From Octopus sinensis (Eukaryota), in assembly GCF_006345805.1 (NCBI RefSeq), contig NC_043019.1, forward strand, positions 21,513,360 to 21,577,359: a DNA stretch of 64,000 nt, read 5' to 3'. Both the position numbers and the translations under genes were made by a program. Below are positions 1 through 13,620 of this stretch, piece after piece; the first letter of the stretch is position 1; each line of letters starts with the position of its first letter. Under the pieces are notes generated by a model. The model searched no databases. It worked only from the letters and a program-made list of their open reading frames with translations, and was not told the DNA's origin.

Positions 1-92
1 CTCAGCTTTTTTTATATGCTAGACCACTGGTGTTCAAATTGATGTTATCAAATTAATATCTAATTTTTTCATCCTCATTTTGATATATATAT

Positions 93-126
<34 letters not shown>

Positions 127-127
127 G

Positions 128-462
128 TGAAGGCACATGGCTCAGTGGTTAGAGTGCCAAGCATACAATTGTGAGGTTATGAGCTCGAATCTCAGACCGG
201 GCTGCGTGTTGTGTTCTTGAGCAAGACCCTTTATTTTGCATTGCCCAAGTTCACTCAGCTGTAGAAATGAGTTGCAATGTCACAGGTGCCAGGCTGTATC
301 GGCCTTTGCCTTTCCCTTGGATAACACTGGTGGCATGGAGAGGGGAGGCTGGTATGCATGGACGACTGCTGGTCTTCCATAAACAACCTTGCCCGGACTT
401 GTGTCTGGGAGGGTAACTTTCTAGGTGCAATCCCATGGTCAGTCATGACTGAAGGGGGTCTC
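128..462 (+). mobile_element. tRNA-derived SINE, family D (CORE-like central domain)
   Basis: A-box-like TGGCTCAGTGG, B-box-like GCTCGAATC, then GTGTTCTTGAGCAAGAC...CACTCAGCTG; flanked by (TA)n. Related pieces near 11030-11325(-), 20992-21090, 46955-47180 and 47950-48190(-). Confidence 0.7.
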
Positions 463-464
463 AG

Positions 465-495
<31 letters not shown>

Positions 496-1146
496 CAAAC
501 AAGGCATGAATAATGGTCATTACATATTTCTTTATTGTAGTAAATTTGACTTACAACTGTTTCCAATAGTCAATATAGGTTCATTATTGATTATTTGAGA
601 AAAATTGAAAGATCTGAAGAATTAATGTTACTCTTGTCAGAGTTATATATATATATTTTTCTTTGCTAAACTCATACATTGGATTTACTTGTGTATCTCA
701 ATTTTCAACATCAACATAATTTTGCTATTACTTGAGACTCCAATTCAAGAGTGTAAACAGTCACAAGCTCAGGTTGAGTACTGCTTAAGAAATACTCTAA
801 TTTCCTACACTATCAGGCCCTTGTGTGTCTTTTTTTATCAATGTTCATATTTCATTTATCACCCTGTAAGCGAAGTGGGGCAGAGGGTTGACATTCCTTC
901 TTAACATTAGACCAGTTGTTCTATGCTTTCAAAGACTAGTGGAATGTAAAAATCCCTTTGCCAAAAACAAGAAGAGTATCCAGCTGTAATACTCTGCCTC
1001 AAATAACTCCCACTTCCTATCAAACCCATGATGAATAAATGGCCATCAAACAACACATATATATATTATTATATATATATATATATACATATGAATATAA
1101 CATACATAAAACACATAATAAACAGGTGTGTATACAATATATATAT

Positions 1147-1178
<32 letters not shown>

Positions 1179-1448
1179 CACAAACACATACATACATTTG
1201 TCTACACCATTATGACAATACATAAGTACGTATAAATGACTTTGGAACATGGATTTACAAAAATGAATATTCAAAAGTTGTGACATTCACAATTCTACAG
1301 AAACATGCACAGATGTGTGTATACATACACATATATACAAACACAGATGGAGAAACATTTGGTGATGCACAGTGATGAGAAATACTTTGATACCAATTTA
1401 TTGGTATTAGACTCTCAGTGATTTAAGACATACACATATCATGATTGA

Positions 1449-1518
<70 letters not shown>

Positions 1519-1774
1519 TACAGACTCACATATAAACATACACGTATCTATACATAAACATACATATATACATCTAAAAATAAGCATACATGTACACACA
1601 TATATACATATACAATAAACATACATGTATCTATACATAAACATACATAAATACATCTATAAATAAGCATACATATACACACATATATATACAATAAACA
1701 TACATGTATCTATACATAAACATACATATATACATATGCATACATATACACACATATATACATATACAACAAAC

Positions 1775-1821
<47 letters not shown>

Positions 1822-2104
1822 AAACTATACATAAACAGTTCTACATACATGTATATCTCTACATATAACTACACATATATCTTTACATACATATATCTAC
1901 GCATACATCTTTACATACATATATCTAAACATACACCTATAGGTATATATAAATATTTTGTTCTACGGTTTACTTTGCTTCATTCACAGTCTATGGTCAT
2001 TTTGGGGCAATGCCTTGAGAAAGCTAACACTTCACAGACAAATTTCTACAGGAGCTTTGCTAATCTTCTCTGTATCATTCAGTTTAGTATATGTGCTGGT
2101 AAAG

Positions 2105-2134
<30 letters not shown>

Positions 2135-2137
<3 letters not shown>

Positions 2138-2520
2138 TACTTGTTTCAGTCATTTGACTGTGGTCATGCTGGGGAACCATCTTGAAGGGTTTAGTTGCAC
2201 ATATCAACCCCAGGACTTTTTAAAAGAAAAAAGCTTAGTACTTATTCCATTGAATTCTTCCACTGAAGTTATGGGGATGTAAACATACTGGCTGTCAAAT
2301 GTTGATGGGGGTCACAATTACACACACACAGCACACACACTCAATATATATATATATATATAATGTTGGGCTTCTTTCAGTTTCTGTCAACCAAATCCAT
2401 TTACAAGGCTTTAGCCGGCCCAAGGCTATAGTAGAAGACACTTGCTCAAGGTTCCACACAGAGGAACTGAACCCAGAACCATGTGGTTGGAAAGCAAGCT
2501 TCTTACCACACAGCCACATA
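2135..2520 (-). mobile_element. SINE family A copy
   Basis: Reverse complement of the family A consensus (GGCTGTGTGGTAAG...GGCAAGTGTCTTCTACTATAGCC...GACTGAAACAAGTAAAA) with an internal microsatellite. Confidence 0.8.
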
Positions 2521-2865
2521 TTCAAACCCTTGGTTTCATGTGATACATTGCAATTATCAAGCACTTCATTTAAGAATGTTTGTAATCCATCACCATTTTG
2601 GATCTGGAACGCTTGATAAAAGCAATGTCTTGCATAAAACCAATGTCAGCACTATAAATCCACAAATAAACCAAATGCAGTGCTGAGTACTCATTCTCAC
2701 TGTTTGCTTACTATCTACCTATCTACCTATCTATCCATCTATGTATCTATCAATCTATGTATCTATCTATCTATCTATCTATCTATTCTACATATCTATA
2801 TCTATATGTGCATGCATATCAAGCCTAGTCATTTTGCAGATAGTTGAAGTACCTATTTTCTTTAC

Positions 2866-3051
2866 TTATTAAAATAAACTTTTGGCATTGCTAGTTTTAC
2901 TTCGATGCCTCCACTTCTGAGTTTTTGTTCTACATTTGGAATGTTTTTATCTGATACTTTAACAGATTCAGCTAAGACAAGCAGCTCCTCATTAGTGTAG
3001 AAAAGTTCCAGATCCTTGATAGCAGCTAACTTGTGCAGGTATTGTGGCTTA
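2866..3051 (-). CDS. Candidate cassette exon of the MPDZ-like gene (KPQYLHKLAAIKDLELFYTNEELLVLAESVKVSDKNIPNVEQKLRSGGIEVKLAMPKVYFN)
   Basis: taatag|T acceptor and AA|gtaaag donor give a 186-bp phase 2-2 unit in frame with exon 13044-13151. Non-repetitive, protein-like ORF, but the acceptor is weak and no homology is recognised. Confidence 0.35.
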
Positions 3052-3244
3052 CTATTAGTTAAAAATTTCTGTAGTTGATATATTATAAAGTGGGTATAAA
3101 TCTGAACTGTACAACCTTGAACTTGAGTGTGTGTGTGAGAGTGTATGTGTGTGCATGGGCACACACAAATATGCATAAAAATGTAATTTTCTGGATGGTG
3201 TAATTTAATTGTTCATTTTGAATTGATAAATGGTGGTTTTTTTC

Positions 3245-3289
<45 letters not shown>

Positions 3290-3995
3290 TATATACATAT
3301 ATATAAGATTGTGTGTGCATGTTTGTATAAAGTACCAGTGTTTTCTATATGTTTATAAAGTTAAGGTTTAAACATATATATATATATTATTCTTTAACAA
3401 AACTAGTATTAATAATGACTTCACGGTTTCAACCAGTTGGACTGTTCAGTGATATCATTGTCAATACTATCTAGTTAAAAAATAATAAATTTTGTACTCT
3501 ACAAAATGTATTGAGTAATCCTTTAGTTTAATGCAAAATTGTTTTTATTACAACTTAACATAAAAATAAGCATTAATATATATATACAAATATGTAAAAC
3601 AAAAGAGAAAAGAATTAAAGAGGAAAAATTCAATTTTTGATGGACAAAGACACATTTTCTTTCTTGGAAGTAAAAAAACGTTGAATTTGCATCTGAAGAT
3701 AATTCTTTAACATGGCAACAACAATAAAATACATCAGACTTCCTATCATCTAGTTCTAAGGTGAGGCTCTGTCTTGCACAGTCCTACAGGTGCAAGTGCA
3801 TGTGTGTGTATGTATATATATATACATGGACCATGGATGTTAAATGATGACGATGGTGATGATATTGATATTATGCCAAATTGTACAATTGTAAAAATGT
3901 AAGAAAAAGTACTCAATACATGTAAAATTCTAAGTTTATCTATTCAAAGCTGGGGATTCACTTTGTTGTTACTCCATATTTCCTGCTATTGAGTT

Positions 3996-4028
<33 letters not shown>

Positions 4029-6633
4029 TGAGTGAGTGAGTGTGTGTGTTTGTATATAAATATACACATAATACTTTTGTTACTTTAACGAACTTACAAA
4101 AACAAGAAACACAGAGTAAAAACTGAATGAATCTTCAGCCTCTGACTATATATATATATAATGTGAGTGATATCTATCTGTATGTGTGCAATATGAAACA
4201 GAATAGTGTTTAACTAATAAACAACAACTGACTCTACAGAGTCAAATAAACTCTATAGTGTAGTAAATGGCCATGATGATCACAGCGAAACAAAATAAGT
4301 AAAAAAACTATTGGAAGCTATGTAACTGACTATGTATACTATAGTGCTACACTAAGACGGTAAACAATGCTAGTGTATATGTGTGTGTGTGTGTATGTGT
4401 GTGGGTGTTACATAATATGTGAGGTTTTACAGGACAAATCACCAAACATTAGTTCTTCCTCAAACAGTGAGTAAAACATCTAAAAATGAAAAGAATAACT
4501 AAGAGTGGTGGTGTGATGGTTGGGGAAAATATACATGGGCATCCTCTGCATGAAAAATAAACAGTTAAGTTGATGCTAAAATATTTAATGTACTGAGTCA
4601 AGAAATTCCAGTTAATTGATTAAAATTGCACTGATTAATTCTGGTCAAGATAGACAGGGGAGGCAATTCCCAATACTCTAAATTAATTGAAACTGATGAT
4701 AAATATCAAATGTTGGTTTATAAATTGATTTAATAATTTCTACCAGGATATCTTATATGATGATAAACTGTGAAAATTAAAACTGTGAAATCAACATTTG
4801 TGCTTAAACAGCTAATAAGCCGAGAAGTTGACCACAAGCAAAATTACTGGATGATACTGACAATATCCATGACCTGGTTGGTAGAAACACTAACTGGTGA
4901 TTGCTTCTGATCAGACTCTTCTGCCTCTGGAGAACATGTCTGAGGGCTCAGCTATCACAACCCTCAAAGGGATCTGAAGCTAAATGGATGGATCATTGGG
5001 GAAAATGCTACTACTTGACATACGAGACAAGTTTGATGTTTGACTGTTATACATTCAGGTTGCTGATGTGATAAGTTTAGTTAGTGTTATTATATTTAAT
5101 GAAATTAATGTTAATGTTAACATATTTAATAGAGTGATCAGTCAACAGTCTAATTAGAAACAGTTTTGTAGTAATGAAAAGATAACATGAGCTCAATGAC
5201 AATGGGGGACAACTCCTGACATGTTTGTGCTTTATTACACCTTCTCAGCAAAAACATAAACTTTGTTATATTTCACTACCAACAGAAAGGATGAGAGAAT
5301 CATTAGTCAGGTGTATAATATTGTTGTATAGAGGCGGGGTGGAAAATTAGCATATTGAAATAATAATTATTCTGATGAAAAATTAACAGATGAAATCAAA
5401 GTAAATTAAACTGGTATGTTGCTTGCAACATAAACATAAGCATCGTTATTATTGTTATAGCTGTATTAATAACACTGGGAAGGATGTGACTGTCAGACAG
5501 AGAGAGTGAGATAGTTACAAGATTCATTACTTTTGATATGAAGAAGTATTGATATTTCAGAGAGACTGTTATAACTATATTTATTAGAGGGAGAGGATAA
5601 GGAAGGGAGAAAAAAGGGGGAAGGCATAGAGAAAGAAAGGGAAAGAAAGTGTATGTGTATGTGACAGGGAGAGTAGATATGGAAAGACAGGGGAAGTGTA
5701 GGAAAGAAACAGAGAGAGAGGAGATAGAAGAGGAGAGATAGTGGAAGAGAGAGAGAGGGGCAAAAGAGTGAAAGAGAGAGAAGGAGAGAATAAAGATGAA
5801 AAACAAATGAGAGAGAGAAAAAGAGAGACTGGGTAAAAGGAAAGCAAGAGGAAGGGTGTTGATGTGTTGAATTTATTATTAGTTTTACAGGCTATCATCA
5901 ATAACCTAGAGAGAGAGGGAAGGGGGGAGAGGTGAAGAGAAAGAGGGAGAGAAAGAAAAAAGGGAAGGATGAAAGAGTGGAGTAAAGGAGTCTATTAGTT
6001 TTACAAGCTGTCATCTATAACTTAAGAAAGGAAGAAGGAGACAGAGACAGAGAGAGGGAAAGAAGAAGAAGAAGTAAAAGAATGAAGGAGAGGGTGTTGA
6101 CCTGTTAAGTGTGTTATTAGTTTTAGAAAGTGTTATTTTACATAATTTAATAAGTTGGCAGTAACATGTTTAAAGCATTACATGTTGAAGAAAACCGGAG
6201 GACACAAAGAGCTGAGTTAGAAATTTTTTTAGCCCGGCTAATTGAATTCTTCAAGCTTTTAACTTGTCAACTAACACTCAAGCGGTAGTCAAACATTAAT
6301 AATAATAATTAACCTATTGCAGTACAGTAATGTGTGTTTGTGTGTTTGCACTTGGTTAGGTGATAGCTGCCAGCCAGCAACACAGCTCTTTGCTTTTTTC
6401 CATTTGCGGTTCACTGGGTCATCAGTATTTGCATTTGTTCATGGTGGATGAAGACTGTAAAACAGTGCAAATTGGCTTGCAAATAGTCTCTGCAAGGTTC
6501 TCCAGGAAGGCCATTCAAATTGTAACAGTGTGACACGTCAGGATGAATGAATAAGGGTCTTTGTACTTTATCTCAAAAGTAGTGTCCCATCATGGTGATA
6601 GTCAAATAGTTAGAATCAGTAACAGGCTAAATT

Positions 6634-6996
6634 TCTATATATATATAAAGCTGAAGTTGTCTGTGTATGGCAGGTTTGGCAGCCTTCAACTAACACTATC
6701 TCCTCTGAGACCCTGAGGCACAAGTTGACCAAAATTGAGAGTATGATAGAAGAAGGCTTGCTTTTCCTTCCGTAGAAGAAAAAATTCAAATCGGACCATG
6801 TTAATACCAAAAATTATTTACATCAAAAAGGTGCTTTTTTTCAATGAAAATCCCTATTTTTTATGATTTTTTGACTGCTGTGTTGCCATTTTTTGGTGTA
6901 TTTCAACCAGAAAAATAATGCAAAATTTTAACTTTTCAAAAATTCCAATTCTAAAGGGTCGAAACAAACCCAAGCAACGCCAGGCGATACTGCTAG
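6634..6996 (+). mobile_element. Non-autonomous Helitron-like element
   Basis: 5' TCTATATATATAAAG start, 3' GC-rich subterminal hairpin remnant (CCCAAGCAACGCCAGGCG) and terminal CTAG followed by T; no TIR or TSD. Confidence 0.6.
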
Positions 6997-9554
6997 TAAG
7001 TGTATAAAACCTATTGCAATGAATGCAATGTATCAAATGTTATAACTACTCTCTGATAGCAGCATTCTCAATGTGGAGCCACATTGCAAATGGAATACAA
7101 ATTGTTCTATAAAATTTGCCTGAAGTAGAGTTATTTTAGTCAAGTTCCCTTCTTAGAGATCTCAGAACTGCTGTCAATTCAAGTTGATGTCATTCTGCCA
7201 CTTCAACTCAAATCCCAGCATTGAACTATTATGGATTGAAGTAAACACAACAACATTTTTATTTCATCCTAAAGATGGAATTTCCTCTTCAGAACCAGGA
7301 CAAAAAAACCAAAAAAAAAAAAACCTTCAGTGCTGATTCATGGATGGAAACATTACACATGGAACAAATATGTCATCTACAAGAACAAATTTAAAATTGG
7401 AGGAAAATAGTGAGAATCTACATTAGCAGTAAACAAATGTAGTTAATATGAACACAAGAAAAGGTCTCGTATTTTGAGCTCAGGCTCTCTATCAACTACA
7501 ATAGACAGAATTCTCTATCTCTTCCTTGATATAGACCCTGAGCCCTAAACAACAGACCTTTTATTTTCTTCTTAGTAATTGCAGCTATTTTAACCACCAC
7601 ACTTGTTTTAAAGTAATACTCATACAGTATCAGGACTAGTATCCAATGATGTGCAGAGATTGAAGACGAAATTCCTCAATTAACAAGCTTTCACTGAATA
7701 TTCCACACCTTCTTTCCTATTCTTGAGCTGTCCTCACCTTCTAACTTTCATAGTTACTATTACTACTACAACAGCCTTTGCTTTTCTGGCCACTGATATG
7801 TGACAACATCATTACTTCATACAAATAGACAAATGTTCTCAAGTCATGTTTAGTATTTATCTTTTTAAAAATAGATTTAACACTTTACATGAGGTTTCTT
7901 TCCCAGAAGTTACCTTTCCCCCAGGATAACTCTACAACCATATCCACAAAAATTCAAACTCAATAATAACCCTATTAACGAACAGAATCCAGTTTTTCTC
8001 TCTCCATGCTCTAAGAAAGTTTACAAATCATGTGAGGTGAGATTTCTTGTTTAGGCAAACAATTTTTTGAAAAAATCCAATCCCAGACAGGCATTTAGCT
8101 TTTTCTGTATCTCATCAGGCTGCAAGTCTTTATCTTTAATAGAGGGACTAAGGTTAGAAACCTCAACTGTTTTACTGACTGCAGCCAATATCAGTGTCAG
8201 ACAGGTCATCTCAGTTGTTGGTCTTTTAATCAGTGTATCCCAAGTTGCTGGTAACCACTTTGAATTTTGCAAGTGACTGAGTTGCATAAACATATTTCTG
8301 ATAGAGCTCTTTGTACTTCATAACCTCTTTGCTGTGACTATAACCAAGACTAACTTTGAGGCTAAGTCCAACCAAATACTTTACTTTCTCAGATGAAGCC
8401 ACACCATCCCTACTAATATGCCACTGTCACAACCCATTAATAGTGTATGAGAAGTGAATTTACACCAAACTATTCTACAATGCTTAAGACAAGCTCATTA
8501 TTAGTGTTTTAAATAAGACTAATACTTAAAAAAATAAAAATAAAAAGATGAAGAAATTATAACAATGTTATTACTAGTTCTGAAGTCAAAAAGGTAATTA
8601 ATTAGTAGATAATTATTAAGGTTTAAGACATTTGGTAAACCATGCTTCACAGTTATATCAGATAAGAGGAAAAGAAAAAGAAATATATATATATAAATAA
8701 ATATATATAAATAAATATATAAAGGTACTCGACTCTGCAACACTGGAATAATATAGCGACTATTTGTCAAAACAACTCACAAAGCTTGAGGATTAAGGAA
8801 CAGTAAAGGCCAGATGTGATATGCATAAACAAATATAGATATATATATGTATATATATGATATTTATATAATATAATATATACATATATAGACATACATA
8901 ATATATGTATTATATGTAACACACACATATATATATATACACAATATAAAGTAATAGTCAAGGAGCAAATATATATAGTGGAGACATCGAGTGGTGGAGA
9001 AACCAGTTTATAAGCTGTACAAATATATAGAGATATATATACACACACACATATATATATATATATATACATATTTATTGGGAGAAATATCAAAATATGT
9101 GCAAAAACATTGGCAATGGAAACACACGTTTCCAGGTGAAGTGTGGACTTACCGGAAATGTTTTGGAAAGATCCTACAGCAAGCGTTAAGAAAACAAAGA
9201 CATTGAGCACACCATGGAAGAGAACAAAACAAAAACGCAAAAAACAGGGATACCCAAGACATGGGAGAGTGTTCACTCTTTGAGGGGTCTTTGTTTATTA
9301 ATTCTACAATTCTAAAATTCTAGTGTCTCACTCACTTCTCAAAGATTATTGATCTCTGCTGATTTCTAATAGTTATTGATTCTTAATTCAGACATACAAG
9401 CTATGAAATGGTTGGATAATATCCATACTCTCGGATGGTCATACTTGGCAATCCAGGAGGAAAGTGTAATGATGCTTGCTTCTACCAGGGCTATATGGAG
9501 CAGATGCCACAGGATCCCACACACATAAATCTCCCAGGAATAGTTGGCCGCAAA

Positions 9555-9933
9555 AGTAGATTGAGAGGCGGTTGGATGGAACTTACACTTGCCTCCTTAT
9601 GAGAGCTCCAAATCTCTCATGGAAGCGTCATCCAACCAAAGTACAAATATATGGGAAACTACCACCTGTATCATCTCTTGTGAAAGGTAGAAGAGTCCAG
9701 TTTGCTGGACATTGTTGTAGAGCTGAAAACGAGGTAATTTCTACTCTTCTCCTCTGGAAGCCATCTGCTCGCGATACCAGAAGGTGCACACTCTCCTACC
9801 CTGATGTAATCTCCAGGGATACAGGCATCCAGCAACAGGACCTCCATAATGCTATGATGGACCGTGAAGTCTGGCGTCACATAGTAAATTCCATTGTCTC
9901 GACTACGGTCGAACAATGATGATGATGATGATG
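9555..9933 (+). mobile_element. 5'-truncated RTE-clade LINE 3' end
   Basis: ORF LDGTYT.LL...NLSWKRHPT...RRVQFAGHC.R...LLLWKP...AMMDREVWR is the post-RT C-terminus of RTE-type LINEs; ends in a (GAT)n tail. Confidence 0.8.
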
Positions 9934-10387
9934 AGATTGAATGTTATGCAAATATTGTGAGAGGCTAAAACTTGGTTTAGTCAACCCCTTGTATTTTACT
10001 GGTATTTATGGTATTGGCTTCCAGAAGGATGAAAGATGAAAGAGTTTAAGAGTTAACTCTGGCATGATTTGAACTCAGAATAGAATAGACCGTAACATAT
10101 TTTCTCTGCTGCTTTAACAATCCTGTCACTTACAGGATCAAATTCAGTTTCTGGTCAAATGCAAATGAATGACAATATGTAAAAATGTAGAGTGAAATGA
10201 GTAGACACTTGTTACAATCAACAATTCACTGAATACATAAATTACTTTGGCACATTGCTTTAAGTTCTCTACATATCTACATAGAAGTCCATTACACACA
10301 CACACACACTCATTCCTCCTCTTACAAACCGGGACCCCTATATATATATATATATATATAATCTATCTGTCTGTCTGTCTATCTATC

Positions 10388-10440
<53 letters not shown>

Positions 10441-11508
10441 GAATACTGGTCATGCATATATATACGTGCATACATACATAAACACTACTCTGAGGAAATA
10501 TTATCTCTTCATTAATATTTTCACATTTTCACTTGAAACATTCATACCTCTTTTTCCCAAAATCAATATCCTATTAGCATGTTTGTATGTGTGTGTGTGT
10601 GCATGAATGGCAACAATACTACCCAGTTGCCAACCGTTACAAATATATTTTCTTTCTCCATTTACACAAGACAAGAATAAGCACTTAGAAGGAGCAGGAG
10701 TTATCTCCCGTGTCTTACAAGCTCTATTTTAGTTGATACTATTGGTGCAGGGGTCATTAGAGTAGAGTTTTCCTGTGCCCCTTTGAAAATGGCATTAACA
10801 AAAGGAGACTGAGAATCAGTTTTTCTTTCCCTTTCAGAGAAATCCCTGAATGAAGATTTCTAATAATGAGGATTTGCTATAACTGAAAGGAAGAAATTAA
10901 AATATTAAATTAATTGCTACCTATCCTATCATTATCTAGTTAACCCTCAATGAATAAATATTTTAGGGGTGTCAGAAAAAAACCCACTGAGTTAGGGAAG
11001 CCCTCAGTTGCTATGACAGGCACTCTGTCAGATACAACAATGAGTGTCCCAGCTGATCTGATTAACGGAACAGTCTGCTCCTGAAATTAACATGCAAGTG
11101 GCTGAGCATTCCACAGACACACATACCCTTAACATAGTTCTCAGGGAGATTCAGTGTGACACAGAACGTGATAAGGCTGGCCCCTTGAAACAAAGGAACT
11201 ACCCCTTTTTTGAAAACTGAGTAGACTGGAGCAACGTTGCTCAAGGACACAACACACTGCCAGGGATCAAACTCATGACCTTGTGATCATGAGTTGAATA
11301 CCCTAACCACTAAGCCATGTACATTCACTCTGTTGCTGCTATTACATCAGGACATAAGAGATGGCAGGAAACACACACACACACAACTTTAAAGTAACCG
11401 AATAAAAGAAAATATATAAGAACTGAACAACTAAAGACAGTCTTTTTAATTTTAATACAGCTACTAGTAATTACATGAGAGACATGTATGCGCATATATA
11501 TATATATA

Positions 11509-11539
<31 letters not shown>

Positions 11540-12837
11540 TATACATATATACACACACATATACATATATACACACACACACAAGATTTGATGCCATATA
11601 AGAAACATTTTTTTTTTTTTAAATGTTTCAAAAAATCCACCCAAGTCTATATGTGAAGTTAGGCCTGTATAACATACTTTAATGCACTGAAAACATTTTG
11701 TCCTGAATATGCGCTGCTGAAGTTAGGATGCATCTAATATGCTTATGTGTCTTTTATGTCATCAACTATGCTATACACACACAACATACATAAAAACACG
11801 AGAGACTGAGAAAAAAAAGAGGGAATGGAGGGAAGAGAGCAAGAGAGAGAAGAGAGAAAGGAGAGAGAGAGAGAGAGAAAGAAGAGAGAGAGAGAGAAAA
11901 AGATAGTGTGTGTCTCTGAACAGAATTTTAACCAGAACATGATACAAAATAATTAATAATAATGTTACAATTAAACTGCAAAAATACTAATGAACAAAGA
12001 ATAGTAATAATAACAACAACAATAAGAATACTGAAATAAATAAAAACTGATTATATTTTTTATAGCCTTGTTATAGCTATGCTTTTTTCATATCAAGTGT
12101 TAAGTGTATTATCCAAACAGTGACTACCACCATCTAAAATGACCATTGCTTTAATATGTAATGTGTAAAAATAAATTACACAAATCAACAGTTTTTACAA
12201 ATAAAAATCTAATAAAATTTTTGTTATCACTATACCCAACTCCATTTACTTTTTTCGTATTATTAATGAGATACCTTGATTTTTAATCAATTTCGAAAAT
12301 AATAAGGAATTTATTTGGAATAATGATAATTCTTTTGAAGTTTGGCTCAAGGTCAACACCTGACATACAGCCATGCATCTCCACCTTCTCCTCTCACGTA
12401 CTCCTGCTTAATAAAGTGGGAGCTTTTTCCTTGCCTTTTGGTCCTGTTCTTTTTCTGTCTGGCAAGTTACACAGCAATTTCACTAATGCTGGTGGCACAA
12501 AAAAAAGCACCTAGTATACACTGTAACGTGGTGGGCACTAGGAAGGGTATCCAGTTGTAGAAGTGATGCCAATGTTGATACTGGACTCAATGCAGCCTTC
12601 CAGCAGGTGAGATCCTTCCAACTCATGCCAGCATGAGAAGTAGATGTTAAGTGTTGATGATAATGATACATACATCCATACACACTCATACACATGAAAG
12701 AGAGAGGAGATTACTTATAACCCAATACTATGTCTGTGTTTTATTTATCACATCACTGAATTGAAATCATATTTTATCTGTAGAACAAATTTATGCAAAA
12801 AGCGGAAATACATTCACACACAAATGCATTATATATA

Positions 12838-12876
<39 letters not shown>

Positions 12877-13043
12877 TACACACAGATTCACACAATCACA
12901 TACTAATATACACACAGATTTATGTCTACAAACAGACATATATAAACACACAGACATGTACACACACACACACATGGTTAGTAAAAATATAATATAACAG
13001 TTAGAATATGACGAAGTGGTTTTAAAAAAAAATCTATACATAC

Positions 13044-13151
13044 TTAGGTGAAGGCATTGCAGAATGATGTGTGGGGCTGGGTTCCTGTTTTGACCGACTT
13101 TCAGCAGTCATTTTGTAGTTACTTGCATCAGAAGCATTGATGTAGTTTATA
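13044..13151 (-). CDS. MPDZ: MPDZ-family exon: last strand of PDZ6 and linker ((S)INYINASDASNYKMTAESRSKQEPSPTHHSAMPSP)
   Basis: (TTC)n tract plus cag|T acceptor and AA|gtatgt donor; 108 bp, phase 2-2, in frame with the previous exon (MDIS-INY, cf. MPDZ PDIKITY). Confidence 0.85.
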
Positions 13152-13170
13152 CTGAAGAAGAAGAAGAAGA

Positions 13171-13201
<31 letters not shown>

Positions 13202-13229
13202 TGAAGAAGAAGAACAACAACAACAAAAA

Positions 13230-13620
13230 TAGGAAGTACATGGTACAAATTGGTTAGAAAGGGTACTTGAGTTGGAAACGAGTAATATTTTGTGGGATTT
13301 TCCCATTCAAATGGATAACATAACCAACCAGATATAACAGTAACAGAATAGGAAAATTGAATTAGTTTACAGATTGATCTGTCGTGTCTATTTGATAGGA
13401 TTATCAAGAAAGCAGATGAATAGTTGAAAAAGAAAAAAAAATCCCTTAAAGACTGTACCTGTGATAATTGATGCATTAGGAAGTGTGATTGATGAATTAG
13501 AGAAAATAGATAAAGGAGATTGTAATGGAATGTCCTGTAGACATTCGACAGAAGGTTTGCTTCATAGGAACTGGAGAGGTCATCAGAAGGGTTTTGAGCA
13601 CTTGATGGCATACTGAAGTC
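13230..13620 (+). mobile_element. Decayed R4/Dong-like non-LTR retrotransposon C-terminus (restriction-like endonuclease)
   Basis: Frameshifted motifs ILWDFPIQ, HNQPDITV, IDLSCLFD, KTVPVIIDALG and KVCFIGTGEVIRRVL correspond to the ILWD/RPD-D/VPVVIGALG/LGTA motifs of REL-type elements; adjacent to (TAA)n. Confidence 0.7.

Noticed and set aside
1020-1860. ORFs rich in YI/CV/HT repeats here and at 17230-17528, 23973-24420, 42073-42907, 49280-49621 and 59147-59633
   Set aside because: These are translations of (TA)n, (CA)n and (GA)n microsatellites, with no splice or homology support.
3410-3465. Minus-strand CTGAACA-GTCCA..TGGTT-GAAAC hammerhead-like string
   Set aside because: It has a C3/C8 mismatch, a broken stem II and no clear cleavage triplet, so it is too degenerate to call.
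5396-6090. Leu/Ser/Phe-rich ORFs (also 45808-46151)
   Set aside because: These come from purine-rich GA low-complexity tracts read on the minus strand.
7100-8480. Higher-complexity region with 80-aa ORF 8051-8293
   Set aside because: No recognisable motif and no phase-compatible splice sites were found; it is possibly an old TE relic but cannot be supported.
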